Positions 58,702-64,000 of a stretch of 64,000 bases of DNA are shown piece after piece. The translations under genes and the position numbers were made by a program. Every line of letters starts with the position of its first letter. Position 1 is the stretch's first letter. The stretch is from Actinomycetota bacterium (GTDB taxonomy: Bacteria > Actinomycetota > Thermoleophilia > RBG-16-64-13). The stretch spans positions 5,414 to 69,413 of the forward strand of contig JADQBG010000001.1 in assembly GCA_016278725.1 (NCBI GenBank), read 5' to 3'. The notes below the pieces were generated by a model, which saw only the letters and a program-made list of their open reading frames with translations, was not told where the DNA came from and made no database searches.

Positions 58702-59613
58702 GTGGATGGGCTCAGGCCCAGGAATGGGCCGAGGCCCGGAATGAGCCCGTCCGGAGGTGCGCCGCCGGACGTGGCGACTGCCCGAAGGGCCTTGGCGGGA
58801 CTGGACCGCTCGCTGGAGGATCGCTCCGGGGGGCGGCTGGTGCTGGAGACGTCCGCAGGCGTTCCCCTGCTTCTCGCGCGGCTCCCGGGAAAGTTACGCG
58901 TGGCCTTCACTACGCGGCTTGGCGGAGTTAGCGATCCTCCTTTCGCTTCCCTGAATCTCAGCACCAAGACCGGCGACGATCCCGGGGCGGTCGGGCAGAA
59001 CCTGGCTCGTCTGCGGCGCGCCCTCGAGCGGGTCGACGGCGAAACCGAGCGCGGGGCCGGGCACTCCGCCCTCACCCTGATCTCGCCGAGCCAGGTGCAC
59101 GGCACCCGGGTGGTCGGCGCGGCCGAGCACCGTGAGCAGATGGCCGAGGCGGACGGCTTGGTGGTCCATCCCGACCTGGACCGGGGCACGGCCGCTTTGC
59201 TCTTGTTCGCGGACTGCGTCCCCGTGGTGCTGGTTGGCGAGGTCGACACCGCCGTGGTCCACGCGGGCTGGCGCGGGCTGCTCGAAGGCGTGATCCAACA
59301 GGGAGCCAGGGCCATGACCGGGCCTCCGGCCCTGGCCTTTATCGGGCCCAGCATCGGGCCCTGCTGCTACGAAGTGGGGGCGGACCTGAGGGCGCGGTTT
59401 GCCGCGCGCTACGGGAGCCGGACCGTGGAAGGCGATCGCCTCGACCTGTGGAGCGCCGCGGAGGCCGCGCTGGGCGAGATCGGGGTCCTGCCGGCCCAGG
59501 TGATCAATCCGCGCCTCTGCACCTCCTGCCAAACCGAGCTCTTCTACTCGCACCGCCGCGACGGGCCCCGGACCGGCCGCCAAGGAGCGCTTGCCTGGTG
59601 GAGCGGGACATGA
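58702..59613 (+). CDS. pgeF: YfiH/PgeF family (DUF152) purine nucleoside phosphorylase / peptidoglycan editing factor
   Basis: 'FTTRLGGVS', 'QVHG' and the Cys-His context. The N-terminal start is uncertain. Confidence 0.75.
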   Translation: MDGLRPRNGPRPGMSPSGGAPPDVATARRALAGLDRSLEDRSGGRLVLETSAGVPLLLARLPGKLRVAFTTRLGGVSDPPFASLNLSTKTGDDPGAVGQNLARLRRALERVDGETERGAGHSALTLISPSQVHGTRVVGAAEHREQMAEADGLVVHPDLDRGTAALLLFADCVPVVLVGEVDTAVVHAGWRGLLEGVIQQGARAMTGPPALAFIGPSIGPCCYEVGADLRARFAARYGSRTVEGDRLDLWSAAEAALGEIGVLPAQVINPRLCTSCQTELFYSHRRDGPRTGRQGALAWWSGT

Positions 59614-60323
59614 CGCCTCCGCGGGAAGGATTTTCGAAGCTGTCCAGCGAAAAGGTACGGAACAATCTGTCCCGAGTGGAGGGCCGCATCGCTGCGGCCT
59701 GCGCCCGGGCGGGCCGTTCGCCGGGGGAAGTGCGGGTGCTGGCGGCGACGAAGTATGTGGCCCCGGAGCAAATGGCCGTGCTCCTCGAGGCGGGCATCCG
59801 CCTGGTGGGCGAGAACCGCGCGGAGGATTTGGAGGAGAAGTGGAGGACTTATGGAGAGGCCTTTGAGTGGCACTTCATCGGTCATCTGCAAAGACGCAAG
59901 GCGAAGCGGGTCGTGGAAAAGGTGAGGCTGATTCATTCGCTGGAGACGATCGCTCTGTTGGAGGAACTCGACAAGCGGTCTGAGGGAGCTGGGGTCGAGG
60001 CCCTGGTGGAGGTCAACGTGAGCGGGGAGCAAAGCAAATATGGTATGCTTCCGGCCGATGTAGAGGCCTTCCTGGAGCAGGCATCGGGCTATGACCAGGT
60101 TCGCATCTCCGGCCTTATGACGATGGCTCCTCTGGTGCAAGACCCGGAGCAGGCGCGGCCGGTTTTTCGTGTCCTACGCGAGCTGAGGGATCGGCTCGCC
60201 CCCGCCTTCGCCTCCCGATATTCCCTCACCGAGCTTTCCATGGGGATGAGTAACGACTACGAGGTGGCGGTCGAGGAGGGGGCAACCATCGTGCGGGTGG
60301 GAAGCGCTCTCTTCGCTGACTAA
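59610..60323 (+). CDS. yggS: YggS-family pyridoxal phosphate homeostasis protein
   Basis: 'VLAATKYV' (PLP lysine) and 'HFIGHLQRRKAK'. ATG at 59610 overlapping the pgeF stop (ATGA). Confidence 0.85.
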   Translation: MTPPREGFSKLSSEKVRNNLSRVEGRIAAACARAGRSPGEVRVLAATKYVAPEQMAVLLEAGIRLVGENRAEDLEEKWRTYGEAFEWHFIGHLQRRKAKRVVEKVRLIHSLETIALLEELDKRSEGAGVEALVEVNVSGEQSKYGMLPADVEAFLEQASGYDQVRISGLMTMAPLVQDPEQARPVFRVLRELRDRLAPAFASRYSLTELSMGMSNDYEVAVEEGATIVRVGSALFAD

Positions 60324-60333
60324 GGAGGATCGG

Positions 60334-60897
60334 ATGGCCCTGGGCGATATCTGGCACAAGACGTTGGTCTACTTCGGCATTGCCGAGGAGGACGACGAGC
60401 TGTACGAAGAGGAGACTCTCGCGCCTCACGAAGAGCTGGAGCAATCGTACCGGGAGCGGCCGAACGTTAAGAAGGTGGAGCGGGAATCGCGCGCCAACCG
60501 CCGACGCAGCCGGATGACGGAAGAGTTCGACGACATCTACTCCGGTGGAGGGGACGACAGCTTCCGCAACCAGCGCACGCAGAACATCCGGCCGGTTCCC
60601 AAGCAGCGCGAGCCGGAGCCGGTCAAGGTGCATCTGGTCGTGCCCAAGAACTTCAATGATGCTCAACTCATCGCCGACAAGTTCAAAGCCGACGTTCCGG
60701 TGATCCTCAATCTGCAGGGCAGCGAGACCGAGCTCGCCAAGCGGCTGATCGACTTCGCCAGTGGGCTGACCTACGCGCTAAATGGCGGAATGCAGCGGGT
60801 GGCCGACAAGGTGTTCTTGCTCACGCCGAAGAATGTCGAGGTCTCGGCGGAAGAGCGGCAGCGTCTGGTGGAGAAGGGGTTCTTCAACCAGTTCTAA
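60334..60897 (+). CDS. sepF: Cell division protein SepF
   Basis: N-terminal 'MALGDIWHKTLVYFGIAEEDDE' and a C-terminal DUF552 domain. Confidence 0.85.
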   Translation: MALGDIWHKTLVYFGIAEEDDELYEEETLAPHEELEQSYRERPNVKKVERESRANRRRSRMTEEFDDIYSGGGDDSFRNQRTQNIRPVPKQREPEPVKVHLVVPKNFNDAQLIADKFKADVPVILNLQGSETELAKRLIDFASGLTYALNGGMQRVADKVFLLTPKNVEVSAEERQRLVEKGFFNQF

Positions 60898-60963
60898 CGC
60901 GGCGATTTTTCCCAGGGGCGCGGCCCGCGGTCCAATGGGCGAGAGTAGGAGGCGGGTGCGCAG

Positions 60964-61767
60964 TTGACGACCAACGTGGGGATCATAGGCGCGGGGAACA
61001 TGGGCTCGGCTCTGGCTCACGGCCTGCTTCTTACCAAAGAAGCCGAACTGCGCCTCACGGTCTACGACAAGGTCGGGGAGCGCTCCGAGGCACTTGCCCG
61101 CGGCGCCGGCGGTCAGATCGAGGTGGCGCCTTCGGCCCCGGAACTCGTCCGCGGCGCCGAGGTGATCATCCTCTCGGTCAAGCCGCAGGATCTGGAAGCC
61201 ATGCTCGCGGAACTGCGTCCTGAACTCGGGCGCGAAAAGACCCTGGTGTCGGTTGCCGCCGGTCTCGACCTGGAGCGTCTCCGCGCGGCAGCGGGTCCCG
61301 AGCCCGTGCTCTTTCGCCTGATGCCTAACCTGGCGGTGGCCTCGGGGTCGGGGGTCGTGGCGGTCGCTCACGAAACCTCCACGTCGACCGAGGGGGTCAC
61401 CGGTCTTCTGGGGCTGTTCGAGGGATTGGGCGCGGTTTCGGTGCTGCCGGAATCACAGTTCGATGCGGTCACCGCGGTGGCTGCCAGCGGCCCGGCCATG
61501 CTTGCGCTGGTTCTCGAGGGTCTCGAGGACGGAGGGGTCGGCGCGGGACTGCCCCGTTCGGTCGCCCGGCTGTTCGTTCAGCAGATGGCCCTCGGCACCG
61601 CCCGCACCCTGCTCGATAATTCGGAATCCCCCGCGGCGCTCAAAGATCGGGTAACCTCTCCTGCCGGCACCACCATTGCCGCTCTGGCCGTACTTGAAGA
61701 CCGGGGCGTGCGGGGTGCCCTGCTTCAAGCGGTGCGCGCCGCCGAGCGGCGGGCAGGCGAGCTCTAA
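60964..61767 (+). CDS. proC: Pyrroline-5-carboxylate reductase
   Basis: 'VGIIGAGNMGSALAHGL'. TTG start. Confidence 0.85.
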   Translation: MTTNVGIIGAGNMGSALAHGLLLTKEAELRLTVYDKVGERSEALARGAGGQIEVAPSAPELVRGAEVIILSVKPQDLEAMLAELRPELGREKTLVSVAAGLDLERLRAAAGPEPVLFRLMPNLAVASGSGVVAVAHETSTSTEGVTGLLGLFEGLGAVSVLPESQFDAVTAVAASGPAMLALVLEGLEDGGVGAGLPRSVARLFVQQMALGTARTLLDNSESPAALKDRVTSPAGTTIAALAVLEDRGVRGALLQAVRAAERRAGEL

Positions 61768-61782
61768 GAGAGGACAGCAGGT

Positions 61783-62034
61783 TTGATTCAACTGATCTCG
61801 TCGATTATCTCCATCTACTACTGGCTGATCATCATCCGGGTGCTGCTCTCGTGGTTTCCCACCCCGAGCAACGACTTCGTGATCTCGATCTACGAGTTCC
61901 TCTATCAGGCGACCGAGCCCTACTTGGGGCTGTTCCGCCGTTTCATTCCCACCATGGGCGCCGTTGATATAAGTCCGATAGTAGCCATACTGGTTCTGTT
62001 CATGATTAGGAACGCCCTGGTGGGCGCCTTCTAG
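61783..62034 (+). CDS. yggT: YggT-family membrane protein
   Basis: 'ISIYYWLIIIRVLLSWFP'. Confidence 0.8.
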   Translation: MIQLISSIISIYYWLIIIRVLLSWFPTPSNDFVISIYEFLYQATEPYLGLFRRFIPTMGAVDISPIVAILVLFMIRNALVGAF

Positions 62035-62048
62035 AAACAGGAGGGACG

Positions 62049-62987
62049 ATGAAGTTGACTCCCCTGGACATCCGGCACAAGGAGTTCCGCCGCGCCGTCA
62101 GGGGTTACTCGGACGAGGACGTGGACTTTTTCTTGGACGAGGTGGCCGATGAGTTCGAGCGGGTCTTTCAGCAGAATATCGAGTTGCAGGAGCGGATCGA
62201 GCGCCTCGAGCAGCAGGTCCAGCAGTACGAGAGCCTGAGGGAGACGCTGCAAAATACCCTGGTCTCGGCTCAGCAACAGGCCGACGAGACCAAGGCCAAC
62301 GCCCACAAGGAAGCCGAACTGATCCTCAAGGATGCGGAACTCAAGGGCCGCGATCTGGTCAACCAGTCCTACACCGACAAGCAGAAGGTGCAGCAGGCTC
62401 TGATCCAGCTCCGCCAAATAGAGGAGGACTTCCGCTTCAAGTTTCGCTCTCTGCTGGAAGCTCACCTGAATCTGCTGACCGAAGACGAGGCCTCCGGCGA
62501 GCGGAGCGAGTTCCAGGGATTGGTGGAACAGGTGGAACGCGATCTGGGGGAAGAGGGAGCTTCCGCCCAATCCGCGCCTCAGGCGCCGTCCGTCAGACCT
62601 CCGGCAGGGGAGCCGGAGGCGACGCCGTCCTTCCTCCGCGAGGGTGAATTTCGCGACCTGGACCCTGACGTCGCCCCGTCTGTGCCGACCGTTCTGTCCG
62701 GCCCGGCCGCGCCGGCCGACTCGAGCCCGCCGCCAGACGAGGAGGAAGAGGCCCCGGCCCCGGCCCCGGCACCAGAGGCCGGTCCGGAGGATTCAGCAGA
62801 GCCCGAGCCTCTGGAGCCCTTCGACCCGGATCGGACCGCGGAGGGCCCCGCCGAGGAGGAATCCGGCGAGAACGGCACCGGCCGCCGCGACTCCGGGGTG
62901 CGCCGTTTCTTGTTCGGCAAGAAGGAGCAGGATGAGGAACCGGAGGACTTCTTCGCGCGTGAGGAGAGCCGCGAGTTCGAGTGGTAA
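62049..62987 (+). CDS. divIVA: DivIVA-domain cell-pole/division protein with a long Pro/Glu-rich C-terminal tail
   Basis: 'MKLTPLDIRHKEFRRAVRGYSDEDVDFFLDEV'. Confidence 0.85.
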   Translation: MKLTPLDIRHKEFRRAVRGYSDEDVDFFLDEVADEFERVFQQNIELQERIERLEQQVQQYESLRETLQNTLVSAQQQADETKANAHKEAELILKDAELKGRDLVNQSYTDKQKVQQALIQLRQIEEDFRFKFRSLLEAHLNLLTEDEASGERSEFQGLVEQVERDLGEEGASAQSAPQAPSVRPPAGEPEATPSFLREGEFRDLDPDVAPSVPTVLSGPAAPADSSPPPDEEEEAPAPAPAPEAGPEDSAEPEPLEPFDPDRTAEGPAEEESGENGTGRRDSGVRRFLFGKKEQDEEPEDFFAREESREFEW

Positions 62988-62993
62988 CCCGCG

Positions 62994-63335
62994 TTGGCGG
63001 CGCGCAGGCAGGATCCGGGTTCGGGCGTGCATTCGTTGACCATCAAGGTCTCCGGCGACGGGTTGCTTCTGGGGTTAAGGGTGTCACCCGGGGCCAAGCA
63101 GACCCGGGTTCAGGGGGTCTACGGCGACCGGCTGAAGGTGAGGGTGGCGGCTCCGCCCGCCGACAACCGCGCCAACCAACTCCTGCTTGCGGCGCTGTCC
63201 GACTGGCTCGAGTTGCCCGCGGATTACCTGGCCCTTCACTCAGGGCATACTTCTAGAGATAAGGTGGTGCTTGTCAGGGGGTTGCCCGCCGACGAGCTCC
63301 AGAAAAGACTGGCGACCTTGGTCGGGAAGGCCTAG
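62994..63335 (+). CDS. DUF167 (YggU-family) protein
   Basis: 'GLRVSPGAKQTRVQGVYGDRLKVRVAAPPADNRANQLLLAALSDWL'. Confidence 0.7.
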   Translation: MAARRQDPGSGVHSLTIKVSGDGLLLGLRVSPGAKQTRVQGVYGDRLKVRVAAPPADNRANQLLLAALSDWLELPADYLALHSGHTSRDKVVLVRGLPADELQKRLATLVGKA

Positions 63336-63349
63336 AGGGAGCAAGCCAC

Positions 63350-63706
63350 ATGGACCGAGACAGGATCAAAGAATCGTTGGAATCCGAGCGGGAGCGGCTT
63401 CGAAACGAGATTCAGGAATTCGAGGAGGAGTTCTCTCAGTCGATGGAAGAAGCGACCGAGGAGAACATGTACGACCAGCACATGGCGGACGCGGCCAACC
63501 CCATGCAGAACCGGGAAATGGACCTGTCCCTCGAGGACAACGCCAAGCGCATGCTGGGCAAGATAGACCGGGCATTGGAAAAGTTCGAAGAGAACACCTA
63601 CGGCACCTGCGACAACTGCGGCAAGGAGATCACCGAAGCCCGTCTGGAAGCGGTGCCCTACGCCAATCTCTGTATCGAATGTGAGCGCAAGCTGGAGCGG
63701 GGGTGA
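63350..63706 (+). CDS. DksA/TraR-family C4-type zinc-finger protein
   Basis: Coiled-coil N-terminus followed by CDNCGKEI...CIECERK. Confidence 0.75.
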   Translation: MDRDRIKESLESERERLRNEIQEFEEEFSQSMEEATEENMYDQHMADAANPMQNREMDLSLEDNAKRMLGKIDRALEKFEENTYGTCDNCGKEITEARLEAVPYANLCIECERKLERG

Positions 63707-63771
63707 GGGAGGGCGTCGACCCAAGGCCCATCCTGATCTTGCAGGAGTCGAGCCGGCCTTCTCTCAAATGG

Positions 63772-64000
63772 ATGCTGGCGGGAACCACCCTCTTGGCCGC
63801 GCTCACCGCCGACCTCGCCTTGAAGGCTCTGGTGCGGGCCCGCCTGGACGTTGGCGTCTTTCACGAATTGCTTCCCGGCGTCGGTCTGCAGCACGTGAAG
63901 AATACCGGTGTCGCCTTTGGTCTGTTTGCCGGGCAGAGCGCCCTGATCATCGCGGCCCCGGTGATCTCGATCATCGTGATATTGGCTTACATCGCCCTCG
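63772..64000 (+). CDS. lspA: Lipoprotein signal peptidase (signal peptidase II), N-terminal fragment running off the window
   Basis: 'VKNTGVAFGLFAG' and TM helices. It is not in the ORF track because no stop lies within the window. Confidence 0.6.
   Translation, partial: MLAGTTLLAALTADLALKALVRARLDVGVFHELLPGVGLQHVKNTGVAFGLFAGQSALIIAAPVISIIVILAYIAL

Overview
High-GC (~68-70%) bacterial chromosomal core, read almost entirely on the + strand. Gene content and order suggest a deep-branching actinobacterium (Rubrobacter/Thermoleophilia-like): SepF and DivIVA with no FtsA, FtsL with a long basic N-terminus, and mreBCD, Lon and Rex all present. This placement is inference only. Order of content: 3' end of a PD-(D/E)XK nuclease gene; tRNA-Pro; rex; a divergent ECF sigma/anti-sigma pair; a GCS2 ligase; a membrane protein; an acidic-repeat protein; MTAP; a five-tRNA cluster; tig-clpP-clpX-lon-valS-folC; ndk-maf; mreBCD-mrdA-rodA; a DUF697 pseudo-GTPase; a radical-SAM/DUF2344 fusion; an RNase E/G family ribonuclease; rplU-rpmA-obg-proB-proA-nadD; a LytR_C protein; a four-gene sulfur-metabolism module (ThiF/MoeB-like E1, Rrf2 regulator, LarE-like PP-loop enzyme, CysE); pcrA; a complete dcw cluster (mraZ-rsmH-ftsL-ftsI-murE-murF-mraY-murD-ftsW-murG-murC-murB-ftsQ-ftsZ); then pgeF-yggS-sepF-proC-yggT-divIVA-DUF167-dksA-like-lspA. 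Adjacent genes very often overlap by 4 nt (GTGA/ATGA), which indicates translational coupling, and many starts are GTG or TTG. I found no mobile elements, CRISPR arrays or phage genes. The observations most worth following up are the E1/Rrf2/LarE-like/CysE module, an unannotated 39-codon membrane smORF coupled to a PLDc_N/zinc-ribbon gene, a periodic MraZ-operator-like repeat array in an AT-rich island upstream of mraZ, a Maf gene with no canonical start codon, and the DUF697 / radical-SAM pair wedged between rodA and RNase E/G.
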